A DNA stretch of 64,000 nt from Pavona decussata (GCA_977016875.1 CDRNST010000144.1:1736001-1800000), one strand, 5' to 3'. Positions 11,594-25,525 are shown, numbered from the stretch's first letter. Notes: a model not told the origin generated them from the letters alone. Program-made: numbers and translations.

Positions 11594-12870
11594 TAATAAT
11601 AATTATAATAAATATAAAACTTTTATTGGGCATATACAATAGAAATATTTTCATATGCACATAACAGTAAATCAATTAAAAGCTATCTTAAAAAAGTATG
11701 TTTTGAGAGCTTGTTTAAAAGAAACAATATGTATGTGTATTTAGTACATCCAATATCAAAACTGCCTCTTAAGAGTGATCTGCAAGTTCCTAGTACTGGA
11801 GAGAGTACTCAGTGGCCTGTGGTGTTCCAACGACGGTCATGTCCTTCACAAGTATCTTTTCTTTGTCCTCCGTGTACACATGATTTACCAGCTTTATCGC
11901 AGTTCTGCTTGTTTCACTTTTCTCCAATAAGGCTTTCGTATAGCGTATTAAGTTTCATTCTCTTAGTGCAACAGAACAGCGAAAGCTCTATCTCCATAAG
12001 TCTCGGTTGCATTAAGAGTTCATTACTAACAGACCTCAATGATCTAGTATAAGAACAATAACGCAGTTTCTGAGATAAGTAGCTAGGCGATGTTCCATTC
12101 AGTGATTTGTACACGAGAAGCAGAATCTTGAAAATAAAACGATATTGAATGGGTAGCCAGTGAAGCTCGCACAAAACAGGTGTAATATACTGAAACTTAC
12201 TCACTTGCAACACAACTCTAACCGCCGTGTTTTTTACATACTGCAATCTTTGTAGCTGGCACATAGGCAGGCCATACGATAAGGCATTACAATAATCTAG
12301 TTTCGATGTGACAAATGCATGAACAGCAACTTCTGCTGATTCTTGAGTGAAATACTACCCAATTCTAAATAGGTTCCTAAGATGATAAAATGATGATCTA
12401 CGGATGCTAGACACGTGCATGAAAAGACGTGCTCATCAAAGATAACACCAAGGCTCCTAGCCGAATGAGAGGCAGCCACGCTCTCATCACCAACACATAA
12501 GGACTGAAAGGATGGAGAGGGACGATACTTTGAGTGGATGAGCATGACCACTGTTTTGTCGTGGTTTAACTTCAATTCATTGAGATCCATCCAGCAACAT
12601 ATTGCAGAAATGCAATTCTCAACCCTCGATTTAGCAGTATCCACATCCATCAATGTGAATGCAAAGTATCACTGATTATCGTCAGCGTATAGATGATAAT
12701 CCAAGCTATAAGATCTAATCACTTTAGCAAGTGGCGTAGTATACAGAAGGTAGAGTACAGGTCCCAGAATTGAACCTTGGGGTACACCCACGGGAAGATC
12801 TCGTACCATAGAATCCGCCTCATTGAGAAAGGTAAGAATCGAACCATTGCAGTACCATTCCTCTGATGCC
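11594..12870 (-). mobile_element. 5'-truncated L2/CR1-group LINE fragment
   Basis: [72 protein letters not shown]; (ATT)-rich tail near 11594. Confidence 0.9.
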
Positions 12871-13299
12871 AAATTAATGATTTCTGCAGTCGTTCTAGCA
12901 GCAAGGAGAGGTTATACGCCGGTGTTTATGGTAATAATTACAATTGTTGTCATTATTTTATGTCCTTTTTGGTGTCCTGTTATACAATGTAACTCATGCT
13001 ACTTATAAATAAGACTTAAGATCTTCACTCTTAAAAGCCACTTCAATTGTAGTAATCTAATCTCTAGCTTTACAAAAGTTAAGAATTTCACCTAGCACAA
13101 ACTTGCTGAGTCTCAAGCGAAGACTTCATGATTGTCTCAAATAATTTCAACATTTTGTTTCAGTTACAGAACCTTTACAGATGATGCAAATCAATTTGTT
13201 TGTTAAAACTACCAACACTCAAATTAGGCAACATAACAAAATTACAATTAATCTTTCTGAAAATGATTTGGGAAATGTGTTGCATATCCAACCTCATTA

Positions 13300-13762
13300 T
13301 CCGAAAACTTCATGCACAGACATCAATGATCTCTTCAAGAAGGACTATATCAAATCTGTCCTTGTTTGGATGTCGGAGGGAAACAATATGGTGTATTGGC
13401 TTACCCAACAGTTCATGGCATTCACAGATGTGTTGGCAAGATTTTGACATTGGAGCAAATGACAGCCCCACAGGTCATTGCTGGATCCTGCCGGACCAAA
13501 AAGAACACTTCAATTTGCCCATATCTTGTGCCTTCTTCTTGCCTGTAGGCAACGGTCAAGCTGTTCCTTCTTGAAACTCTCTTGTACTTTTGGGAATGGA
13601 ACACTGCATCTCCAAGTTGCATTCAATTGAAAAACATGACATCAGCACTTGATTCCATGCCAAGGAACAAAAGAAGATCATCTTCAAAAGCTGTATCAAG
13701 TTTGCCTTTCTTTAATGCACCAATTGGATAGAGGTCGTCTTTGAAATGTGTCCTGTTGGTTC
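13300..13762 (-). pseudogene. EnSpm/CACTA(Mirage)-type transposase C-terminal exon
   Basis: GDAVFHSQKYKRVSRRNSLTVAY...YGQIEVFF, characteristic of the C-terminus of animal CMC transposases; catalytic core not found. Confidence 0.6.
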
Positions 13763-15740
13763 TGAAAAAGGAAGAGCAAAATTAATTGTAATATGGATTG
13801 GTGAGACAAGGAAGTCTTAATATGGGAGAACGTAGCCTCACTGGCTAGTTAAGATAAGAAAAAATACAGCTAAGTTGGGTACATCTAGGAGTCATTTACA
13901 AGCTCAATACCCCACCCCTCTTTCTCAAAGCACTGAGAGTTGTTACCGTGGGAATTTCATGGGATGTCACATAAAAAGTTGCAAATCTGTCAGAATGCCC
14001 TCATAGACGCAACACCATGTCTTTGGCTTCTCCTGGAGGCATCTCATTTATCATCTCAGTTTGGAATGTTTATTGCATTAATTTTCTTGTGAGATGGTTG
14101 GTCTAGGTTTGTGTAAAGTTTCAAGTTCATTGGGTTATTTTACACCATGAACGGGGCTTCGTCCTTTGACCTAAATTTTCGCGGTTTTCACCTAGGCCAC
14201 ATTTCAAACTCTTGCCATTTTCTCAAAAAATAAAATGCTTTGGAACTTTAAAACATGATTTTCGAAAATGGTTAATCTAAGGATATCTTCAGACGAAATA
14301 TCAGAAATTCGACCAAGTGGTCGCTGAAATGCAGTTCTTGATTCTTACAGGCAGCCGCTCTCAAGATAAATATTGTCTATCCACAAAAGGTGTTTTGAAA
14401 TATTAACAGTGTCTTGAGTCGTACTGCATTTGGTCTTGCTGAATGTGTACTTGAGCAGCTTGCAGCTGCTTTTGTTGGGGTGCACTGTGTGCCAATGGTT
14501 GTTGTTCCTGTGGGAGTAAAACCTTGTTATTCAAAATGCATTTTGTATTTTCACATAGTAATTAACATTCTCCAAATTCAATTGTCAATTATCATGACAA
14601 ATGTCTGTTACAGGTGAAATTAAATTCATGTTAAAATTTTTAATCTAATTAGGATTATTCTCTATTTCCATTGTCTCCTACCCCTGAGTTTTCATGAATT
14701 AGGGTCAAAACACAAGAACATTTGAGAATCAACCTATGTTAAAAAAAATGTAACATAAAATTGTGACCTGCCATATCCACCTTATAATTTATTGTCTAGC
14801 AGTGCTGTGAGGTCTTTTCCATGTCATTGCGTAGATAGACTCTAATGATATGCTTTGCACATGAAAATTATTAAGTTTTAATATATTTGATAATTGTCAA
14901 TCCTTAACATTTGAATAAGCTGGTTATGCAGTCAAAGTCCAGTTTCAGAACTAGGAACAATCATTTCTAAACCTGATACCTTTTGTGATACCATAATCCA
15001 AGCACCACCCAGTGGGCCCTAAAAGGCCGATTAGCGCTAATCCAGAATTCAATTATTGTTTGCACTTTTGTACCTTCCTATTGATTGCTAAGAGTAACAA
15101 TTTAGTGTTATCATTACTGTAAAGGCTCAACATTATTTTGAGAGTCCTTATGACAAGAAAGCCTTGCTTGAGATTTGGCTTGATCCTGGGTTAAACTGAA
15201 CCATCTTTCTTTTTTTGTCTAAATATTGCTTTTGGCAACCAGGACATTTTTACACCTTTTTTTTTTTTTTTTTTTTTTTTTCATAATTGTACCTATTCAT
15301 AATACAGCATTAGCTTTAAGCTCAAAAGCTAATCTCGTCTGACCACCATACAATTCCATAAAAACCATTAATTTCTTTTCCTTTTATTTTTTTTTATTTT
15401 TTTGTTTTATTTTATGCCTATGGTACCATGTGTTTTGACATATAAATGTGAGTTGTATATAAAAGTTGGTATAAACTGAATTTAAGGTACTGGGCCATCT
15501 TCTTGGAGCACAGCCTCGCATTTTAATCCAATAGCCGGAGCTGATGATTCTTGTGTTTTGCTTGAAGCCCATTTTAAAGATAAAAATCTTCTCACTTTTA
15601 ACTTAGTTTGTTTCTCAACTAGAGAAACAGTGAGGTCCCATGTTATTTACCCACCATTTCAAAGGCCCTTTTCCTTCTTGGGGTAAGGGTTTGAAAAAAC
15701 TTGTTTCGAGGCTGGAGACAGTTTCTGTATAGATCCAGAT

Positions 15741-16206
15741 CCCAGGGGGGGTACTCGGGTATATTAGTTACGGGGAGGTGCGAATGAGGCCAAATTTTGA
15801 AACCCAAAAAAAGTCCTGTCACGCTAAGGAAAACCCAAATAAAGTCCAGCAGCCAAAAACGTAACCCAAAAAAAGTCCAAATTTTTTAAGCATCAAAAAC
15901 AATAAAAGTACAAAACACCAAGAGAATGCGAGATATTTCATGCGTCCGACTTTATTCATTCCTCGTGCATCTGTCACAACACTTTAGGCAGACTGCAGTC
16001 ATTTTTCAAAGTCGTTTTGCGTACAATCAAGAATGGTAGGGCACGATTTTCATCAACCCCTAAAAAAGTCCTCGCCAAAATCTTAAGGGCAAAAAAAGTC
16101 CACCAGAAAATTTCAAACCCAAAAAAAGTCCCAAGCCGAGAATTTCAAACCCAAAAAAGGTCTTCGCAAGTCCCCGTTACTAATATACCCGAGTACCCCC
16201 CCTGGG
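15741..16206. mobile_element. MITE with CCC(A/G)GGGGGGGTACTC termini
   Basis: cccagggggggtactcgggtatattagttacgggga vs tccccgttactaatatacccgagtacccccctggg; aacccaaaaaaagtcc subterminal repeats; flanked by atccagat on both sides. Confidence 0.92.
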
Positions 16207-17905
16207 ATCCAGATAGATATACATAAATTTAAAACAAAATGGTATTGTATTAATATTTTCACATTCAATTAACATCTGAGTGTGGAAATGAAACTTCTCA
16301 ATAGCAAATATATAATTTTAATTCTCAATTTATTTACATAATCATAATTATTTACATAATTTTTTACATAATTATTTACATAATCATAATTTATTTTCAA
16401 TCAATTTATTTACATAATTTTAATTTGCACATTAGAAAATAATTTTCCGTCTTTTATTATATTCTAACCTGTTACCATATTTACCCATGATCATGCTCCT
16501 CCGTTTTCACTTTCTTAAGTGCCAAATTGTTGCCATATAATGTTAAGATCAGACTGTTCTTAATTCCTGTAAAAAGGGTATCTGAGGAATTGCCTTGGCA
16601 TACTCAGACATGTACAATGCTTCTTGAGGCTCAGGTTCCCTGTTAAACTGTCTATGATCGTTGTTTAGAGGGTCCTGATTGAATGCTGACGAAATGTCGA
16701 TGAATAAATGATTAGATATTGACAGAACCTTTTTGATTAAAGAATTGTTGATTATCACATACCTTGCACTCTTGTTAGAATTGTATGTTCCAGGATGGAA
16801 ACCTCTTCATACAATTGAGTAGTTGGCAACTGATCTTCCATTTCCATTTCATTCCCTGCATTAAAGTCTTCCGCAAGTTTTTGGTCAGTGATACCAAGTG
16901 CTGCCAAGTTAGCTCAGGGTTATGCAATCCTTAATAAAAGAAATCTAATAATGCAAGAATACATGTTGGGGTCGAATGGTCTTTTCGACTTGAATGAGTC
17001 ATGAACTGCTCACTATTGGCACCCTTTCAAAGTGTAGTGTAACCAAGTGTTTCAGATGCCCATTTTAATAATTTTGTAATCATAATAAATAAATATTACA
17101 AATTTGTTATTTATAATAATATCTACAGTACTATCCCACTAATGGTGCTTACCGTAATTTAGCCACTCCACAAAAGATGGATCAAGGATTCTGAGAGTGA
17201 TCTTGTGTGCCCTCTTACTTGTGACTGCAGAATCTCCTGCCTTCCTTGACCTCAGCGCCAATATAAGGGTGTTGGCATCTGAGGCAAAGGTTATCGGCTG
17301 TGACATGCCATTCACCATATTGAGTTTGTGGAGAAAACTGTCAATTTCCTAAAAGGAAGATAAAAGGGACTGGGGAAGAGCACTATGGTACACGGACATA
17401 TTCTCTGAAGTTCTACACAAAATGGTTATTTTCCTCAGCTAAATGAGTACATCTAGCAGCACTTCTGGATCAAGAAATCGATTAACAAGTTTTTAAAAGC
17501 TTTCCTTACGACAGAAGCAGTATTTCTGTACTCTTATGGGCAGAAAACGTCAGAAATAAAGATCGAGTTCATCCGTAGATGAAGATGACATGGCCGCCTC
17601 CAAGTTTAAATCTCTACAGAACTCTAAAGATAGTTTGAACAAAGTGGTGATGCACAGCTTTGCGAACATCCATACTGATATAGCAACCTCCGCTTCGAAT
17701 TTAAGACCGAAATTTAGGGGATTAAATCTACTATTAAAGATATCGAAAGAGGTTTGGAGAGCACGCCAGAAGATGTCGTGAGCGTAAAGGAGGACGTAAA
17801 AGTCACAGCAAATGCAACAATGTTCTACAGAAATGTGGATGTTTTGAACATTATACTTTCCGTGAACATGCCTTACTTTTCCTCCCCTGTCAAAAGAAAA
17901 AAAAC

Positions 17906-17912
17906 ATTGTTA

Positions 17913-17974
<62 letters not shown>
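17906..17974. repeat. (TTA)n microsatellite
   Basis: About 20 tandem TTA/TTG units. Confidence 0.97.
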
Positions 17975-17977
<3 letters not shown>

Positions 17978-20825
17978 TGGCACTTCCTTACCTTCCTGCT
18001 TTTTGAGAGCATAATCTCTTATGTCCCCCGGGTAAATTGCTCCTATACATGTAGCATCCACTACCTGCTCTGGGTAGATGAGTGAGCTACCATCCCCAAT
18101 GCCATTGTCATGCAGCAACCAGATTTAGATATTGAATTGGATATATGTTTATCCTTTCGGAAGAGACGTCGACCAAGCAGATTTTTGAACAAACAATGAG
18201 TTAATAACAGTTAAGTTTTGTGTTTTACGTTGTCAAACTACAAAGGGGAAAAAAAGAGAGATATAGACGTTAGAGTATTTTACAGATACAGCTAACTACA
18301 GGAATTGCAAAAGGTACAAGAAAATCACTAAAACTACTTACAATTCTGGTTGCCTTCTCTTCTGACTTAATGAAGCGAGGCACCTACCTATTTATCCTTT
18401 ACAAAAATATGCGTGATATGTAAGACGCGTATCTTTTAACACGTATTTATTAGTCCTTTTACAAAGTCCCAACTTTTACATCTAAAAATATGTGCATTAT
18501 ACAAAACAGATATATTACTTTTTAGTAATAGTAGAGTGCACTGTGTTATGACCCCTCCCCTCAACAACATGAAGACACTCTCCTACACCCTTTGATTATG
18601 ATTTGTTTGATTGTTGGATTTTATTTAAATCTGTTTTCTCCTACTAAGAGACGCCAAATAAACAAATTAGGAGAACGAAATATGTGGGTCTTTCTGGAAT
18701 ACTTGTTCCTGCTCTGAAAAATGGCAGTTTGGCTCATAAATCTTATGTTATATAAGATAATTTCGACCACGTGCGCTCTACAGAGTACAAAATTTCTCAC
18801 CTTCTGGCTGCACATCCGATTTCAGTGAAATTGTTTCTCCAAGATATATTGAACAACATATCCCTCATAAAATGATGGGTATCAGGCGAATAGGAACATT
18901 TCATTCCAAAAAAGGAATATTTGACTAGCTGACTGATGTAAAGCCAGAAAATGACCTTGCTTACCGCCAGAAACGTGTACATGACACGATAAATAAATGA
19001 ACGTATTTCTTTGTTGTGAACGTTGGGTTTCCCCGACATTTCTCTCGCCTCAGCCAGCAATTGTCGTGGACGCTTTGGCAAATCAAAGCTGCAAGTTGAC
19101 ATAACAAATATTTGTGAGAATCATTCACAAGCCAGGCAAAACAAGTTTAAATAATCTCACTCACCCCAGCATTCTTACACTCTCTATGATCGGAATTAGC
19201 GCTTTGTTTAGTTTTGTTTCGAAGGAGATTTTTTGAAACAGAGTATTTGGATTAGTTTGAATTTTAATGTTCTATAAACGAAACTGAAAGTGAACTTACC
19301 AGCCACCAAAATATGGCTCTCTTGTCACACTGTTTCGCGCGAATGAGTGTGATTTCACGCGAGGTCTCATTAGGACTCCCACTGACAGAAACAAATTGTG
19401 CAAGGTTGTGGGTTCCGCTGGCTGCCACTTGAGACCGATGGCGACCTTGACGACGATATTTTAACATTGCTCACGGTGAAACCAGTAAAAAGTAAAGCCT
19501 TATGTTTTCACATAAGTTATAGATGTGTATGCCCTTTCAGATGACAGAGAATGAAGGCAGTTTTTTTTCTCGTTCACACATATGGACCACCTTAAGTGGC
19601 CATCTTTGAACATCTGAATTAACTTCTCCAGCATGGTCTTATATCCATCCTTCGAAATGTTCTCTGCATCTTTAATTGATATTGAAGGTAAAATTCCAAA
19701 TAAGCTTACTTGGTATAAGCAGGCACCAGGGGAAATAGCTTTTTGGTCAAGAACATCTGTACTAAAGACAACCACGGAGTGGTCGCAACGAAGAACCATC
19801 TTTGATATTCTTAGGAAAATTTCAAGTGCAGTTTCAATAAAATTCACAATGACCACTGAAAATTAGGGGAACACAGCCCTTTTTGTGTTAGAGTTAGAAA
19901 GGCCAAAATACAATTTTACTAACATCATCATGTTACAATGCTGACTGAGTGTATTAATATCAACGAGGAAAAATGCATTGACATGAATAAATATATATAT
20001 AAAAAAAAAAACGACTTACCGTCTATTTACTGGAAAGAAGTAATAACTGCTCTTCCATTCAAGGTATAGCCATACGGGTCATCCATTATCCTCACAGGTA
20101 GAGGAGGGACGTTGGATAATCAGATGGTAAAAGAATAGCTATGTTTGGCCTATGCACTTTAGTAAATATACATGCAAAATATATAGCTTCCAGCTAGAGC
20201 AGCAAAAGTGATATTCCCCCAAAGGCAACCAATTTATGTTCAGCAGTTTAACTATGTACACCCCTTTATTTTGGTTTAAATGCATGTATACAAGCACACC
20301 CAGTAATCACATTGAATCACGTAAATGTTCGATAAAGATGCAAAGTTAAAATCCTTCATCACATAGCATTGATTTTTGTTTGTTCTTTTGTTGGTTCAAA
20401 ATAAACAAAACCGCAACAGCTGCATCAACTGATGCAATTTTTCTTTGCACATAAAGAAATTTTGCAATGCCTGAATTTAAGTAGATGGCTTACTCAAAAG
20501 TCCATCTTCTGGGTCCAAAATAACACTGCATTCTGTCGGACATGAAGTATCCAGTTGGATTCCAGAACATCAAATTGGGGATACTGACTTTGGGCAAATG
20601 CACTGAACTCTTGAAGTGTGATTCCCGTGTCCTTGGTACTGCAAATGAAAATAATTTAAAAACTGTGCCTTTGAAAATTATGGCCATACATTATTACATG
20701 TATTACCTGGAGTTTCCTATAGAGGGATAACTATGGTAACTGAAAGATTTTGATAATTCGGCATGAAGGCAACTTTATGGGGGGCGTTTAGAGAACGACA
20801 TAATATGTTGTTATCGCAGTATATA

Positions 20826-22283
20826 CAGGGTGTTTCAAAAGTTCGTGGACACTTTTTTTAATACAAATAAATGGTAGTTTTAGGAATCCGATATTAATGA
20901 AGGTTTTCCAGTTTTATGTACATTGTTTCCTTTGACCACTGTTGAAACATCAATATCCAGAGTGCCCCCCATTGTTCTGTATAACGTTTTTGAGCCGTTG
21001 CGGCATGGAACGAGCTAGCTCCCTTAGGCTTGCTAGCAGTATGTTCCGCCAGGCTTGCCGTAACCTTGATTTTAGTCCTCCCATCGTCTTGGGGATCGGA
21101 ACTCTGTATGCAGCTTCGTCGATGATGCTCCATAGGTTTTCAATGGGGTTAAGGTCAGGTTAATTTGCTGGCCACTCATCTTTTTGGATAAAATTCGGGA
21201 GGTTTCTCTTGCACCACTGCTGTGTTGCTTTCGCCGTATGAGCTGGTGCGCCATCTTGAACGAAAGTCGCACTGCTATTGTTCGTGAAAAGCTTTCGTTT
21301 TATAGGCTCTTCTGTTGTAGATCTTCGGCTGAAAAGGGGCTTCACTTCTTTCTCAAGGATTTTTGTGATATAATACTCTGCCGTTACAGTTTGTCCTTGC
21401 GGGATGAAATGTAGGGAAGTAAGGCCGCGGCCTGTCATGCCACTCCAAACCATCCATTTGGCGCTTCCTTTAACTTGGTACGATGGCGGAACTTGACTCT
21501 CCTGTGAGCCCCATACGATATCGTTTTTAGGGTTCGGAAGATGAAAAAGGTATTTAGGGCACTCATCGCTAAGCGAAAATTTTCCCATTCATCTGCTGTA
21601 AATTTACGATATTTACGAGCGAATACTAAGCGAGCTTTCCTCTGGTTGTTGCTCAGAAGTGGAAGCTTTTTTCGTCTCAAAGGTTTCCATCCTTTTCTTG
21701 ACAGATACCTCCACACTGTTGGTGCAGATCCAGGCAGACTTTTGTTCTTCAGTTGTTTGCTGATTTTTCTTGCAGAATTTCCTCTTTTATACTTTGCTTT
21801 TTCTATAACTTTCTTTGCGGTTCTGTCAAGGACTGATGGTCGACCACTTCTTGGCTTGTCGTAAAACTCTTGTGAACTTGACCACTTCGCTACCCAGCTC
21901 TTGCTTTTTTGCAGTATTTTAGCCGTTTCTCGAACAGATACTCCAGATGATCGTAGAATTGCTGCCTGTGCTCCTAAATAGACTGCTTTTTTAGGGTTCA
22001 TAATTAGAAATTATATCAAGACGTTGAAAATCTACAGTATGTAGTTGCTACTGAAAACAAACAAAAATGGCGGGAAAGTACAGAAACACACATGACACAG
22101 ATTTGCACCTTTTGGCGGGAAAATATTTATTTCAACGAGGCTTTTTATCTGACTCATACAAAAGTTCTGAAAATCGATAAACAATAAGATTTGTTAATAT
22201 CTGCAAGAAAATGGAGAGAAATATAAGAAATCTGGACAAAGTATAGACTTTTTAAAATGTCCACGAACTTTTGAAACACCCTG
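20826..22283 (-). mobile_element. Full-length Tc1/mariner element (DD37E)
   Basis: TIRs cagggtgtttcaaaagttcgtggaca / tgtccacgaacttttgaaacaccctg; TA TSDs at 20824-20825 and 22284-22285. Confidence 0.96.
20950..22001 (-). pseudogene. DD37E transposase with one frameshift (~21575) and one stop (21160-21162)
   Basis: HTH region with KPRSGRP, SDE, MVWSGM, FVQDGAPAH, WPAN*PDLNPIENLW; 37 residues between second D and E. Confidence 0.92.
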
Positions 22284-22285
22284 TA

Positions 22286-22670
22286 TACTGTGACATTTTA
22301 GGCGACTAACTTTGGTCTGTATATTATATTATGCAACAGACGCAAATTAGGCCTGTAACTATTGGCCTAAAATGTCGCAGTATGTAGTAGGTGTTAACAT
22401 ACCGACAGCAAATAAGCCAGTAGTTACTGGCCTAAAATGTTGCAATATGTAATAAGAGTTAATATACCGACGGCAAACTGGCCTAAAATGTTGCAATATG
22501 AGTTAAAATACCGATGGAAAATAAGCCAGTAGTTACTGGCCTAAAATGTCACAGTATGTAATATAAGTGGATCCAAATTTGGCCTTTAGTTACTGGCCTA
22601 AAATGTTGCAGTATGTATTAGGAGCAGTTTCAAATTAGGCCATTAGTTACTGGCCTGAAAAGTCACATAC
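22286..22670. repeat. Short tandem array of (TAGTTACT)GGCCTAAAATGTYRCARTATGTA units
   Basis: Six direct copies (about 22364, 22429, 22480, 22538, 22595, 22652) plus one inverted copy right after the Tc1 TA. Confidence 0.8.
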
Positions 22671-22753
22671 TGGTTTATGTATACAGTTTAAACTGTACAC
22701 GCTACATCCCTTGGACGCGAGACATCTCTAAAAGTATACAGTAAATGTAGTAT

Positions 22754-22820
22754 AAAAACAGTAAATGTTCACCAATCCACATAAATTATCTATGCGGATT
22801 GGTGAACATTTATTGTTTTT
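22754..22820. repeat. 30-bp inverted repeat with 7-nt loop
   Basis: aaaaacagtaaatgttcaccaatccacata-aattatc-tatgcggattggtgaacatttattgttttt, two mismatches. Confidence 0.9.
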
Positions 22821-24180
22821 GCGTTAAAAATTAATGTGGTGCCACTGCGAGGCGCACTTCTTCTTGCAGCAGGACACCGACTTCTGATGTGGCCCAGACG
22901 GCCACAATTATAACATCTCCCTGTGAAAGAAAATAATTGAAATTAGTTTTAATTCTGGTTAATATTAGTGTATGGATTGACATACTTACTTTCTCTGTTA
23001 TGCTGCCTCGATCTTCGAGAGAACTGACGTGATCCAGCTTCTCCTCCCCTCCTGAATGCCTCATCACAAGCCTCCCTCCTTCAAGGCTCGCTTGTGACCC
23101 AGTTTAGTTCTCAGAGAATATCAGCTCGTGGCCTTGGTTCTTCTTCATTATCAGGTTCTTGATTTTCTCTTTGTGATTCTTTGTGAGCCTTCTCTCCTCC
23201 TCTGGAGTAGGCTCTGGCAAAGGAACATTGGAGGAATCCGCCAGACTATCCTGCGAGTTTTCTAAAGCCATCTAACAAAAAAAGAAAGCCATTTAATGCA
23301 ACTACAACTGGGACGCATTGAATTCCATAGGTTAATGCTCTCTTTCACATAAACAGGAAGCACAACTTTGACGTAACAAAATAATGAGACACAAACATCG
23401 ACTCATTATATTGGTCAAAACGAACAAAGTAATCTTTGTTATATGACAAAGGAGTGAGTCCCCCAGCAAGGGAATGTAAATCAGTGGAGTGAACCAATTA
23501 CTTAGACCACTAATAGGCTGATTTAGCAACAGAATGGGAACGTCAGTTGACAACGGCGGGCGCATCAAGAATACCCATACATAGTCGAAATAGACTGTTG
23601 TCCAGACTATTCCGCGAGCTCTCGCGTCCTCAAATGACATTCTCGTTCTGTTGCTAAGGAAGGAAACGATCAGGGAAAGTTTGGAGTAAATCTCACTTCA
23701 ACTTCTTGAACGAAAGAATCACCTTAAAATGGTTCCAGAATGACAATTGTTCTGAAAAATGCAGTAAAATGCAAATTATGCGACCATATAAGGTTATTTG
23801 GAATGAATACCTTTTACGGTTTCTTCAAATACTTGTTAATTTACAGATAGATATTCCAATTTTCCGACTACTGCAATTACAGGAAATTTGCTTTTTTTGA
23901 TTGGAGCACGTAATTATGACAAACATTCACGGCCAGAGTGCGTCACGCCCCTCGTGACTCAGGCAAACTAATAAGAACAAGATGCATATACTGGCATTTA
24001 CGCGTGATGCTGATTCATTTATTCCAAGTGTATGCTTCGCAGATTGATAAATGTATCCATGCTAATGGAATAGTTTGAGTCACGATGATCGGGTGATGTT
24101 GTTTTCCTTGTAGTTGTACTGGAAATCCATTAGTGATTACGATAACGTAAGCTGATAAATGAGCTCTTCTCAGTCTCATC

Positions 24181-25390
24181 GTGGTTCTACAACTGTCAAA
24201 CTACGATTTTTTCAAAGGAATTAAAGAAAGTTGTAGTTGCGTACCTGTGATGACACTAACTGCCACTGTAAGTCAGGCCCAGCTGGAGAGTTTGTGCGCT
24301 GATTATTTGAAGAATCCTGTCCTCGTTAAAAGTTCGATCAATCGTATCAACATCAAGTTGAACATGAAATCATACGTTATATCAAGGAAGAAGACGAATT
24401 CCAGTTCAGATGAAAAAACAAATAGGAAGGAAGAAATCTGGTCACAATGTGCTAAGGACAAAAAGAATATATCAGGTGAGGAATATGCCATTGTCTACAT
24501 GGATTTTTGCAGCGATGTAGAACTAATGACGTCATTACTCAAGTTGCTTTTGGGAAAAGAAAATGTTAGACCCTACTATGAAAGGGGCATGACGCCAATG
24601 TTAAGAAGAAGACTGACTCTGACTTCAGGTCAAAAGAGTTCCAAGTTTTGGTAGCCACTGAGTCATACAAGGTTGGCACACATAGTCCACACGTGGACAA
24701 TATTTTCAGGGTGGGTTGCATGCGTAACCTCAGCGTCTTAATCCAAGAATTTGGCAGAGCTGGAAGAAGTGGTAACAGTGCCAATGGTTTTCTCTTAGTC
24801 AATGAGTCAAAAGATGACCAACGCTTAGCTTACTGGACCAAAAACTGTTCAAAGATAGAAGAAGAAGAGATACAAACAATTGATTCAGTCATGGCGTTGG
24901 GCATACTCTATATACTGCGGAAGATATATGAGAGAGGAAATCATCAGGAAGTTTGGAGAAGGCCAGCTGGACTTGCAGTGTGTAGATGAATGTTGTTCCA
25001 GTTGTGATATCAAAGAGGAAAGAGATCTTAATGCAAAGCAAGCAATAAGCCTTCTTATTGAGGCGGTTTTAGACCTTGGACAAATGCAAGCTTACAAGGA
25101 AGGGGTAAAAGAGGAAGTACTAATTGGATGGCTACGAGGTAGCAAAAAACATGCATTCTCACTGCCCGTAATTAAAAAATCATGGAGCAAACACAAACAT
25201 ATTCCGCTGGTACGCAGAATTTTGGACCTAAAAGTTCTAATGGGTGGTGGTCAAGGATTTTAAGACAAGCTATCCATTTACAGTTCATTGACATAAAATA
25301 TAATAAGGTGCAACTCGTTCCCAAGAATATGGAGGTGTTACAAAGTTTCTGGAATAGGGAAACAATTCCTAGATTCTCCATATGACGTCC
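24181..25390 (+). pseudogene. RecQ-family helicase (motif III to RQC), 5'-truncated and frameshifted
   Basis: VPVMTLTAT (III), SINRINI, AIVY (IV), VATESYKVG (V), LIQEFGRAGRSG (VI), C..R...CCSSC zinc site, LIGWLRGS and WWSRILRQ winged-helix motifs. Confidence 0.85.
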
Positions 25391-25525
25391 TCGTTTTGGA
25401 TCCAAGAAACGATCCGCTAGACCAAAAAGTAAAGGAGAAGAGGGTTGCCACTACAGCAAGGACTGGGAGAGGGCATCATCATCTTCCAACAATAAAGGAA
25501 TTCTTGAGAAGATCAACAAATTGAG

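Noticed and set aside
17754-18118. Poly-Leu and poly-Asn ORFs
   Set aside because: Translation of the (TTA)n microsatellite.
22286-22670. CRISPR-like array
   Set aside because: Degenerate units with related spacers; ordinary tandem/subterminal repeat.
24181-25390. Host RecQ (WRN/BLM) gene
   Set aside because: Intronless, lacks motifs I-II, frameshifted and continuous with a transposase.
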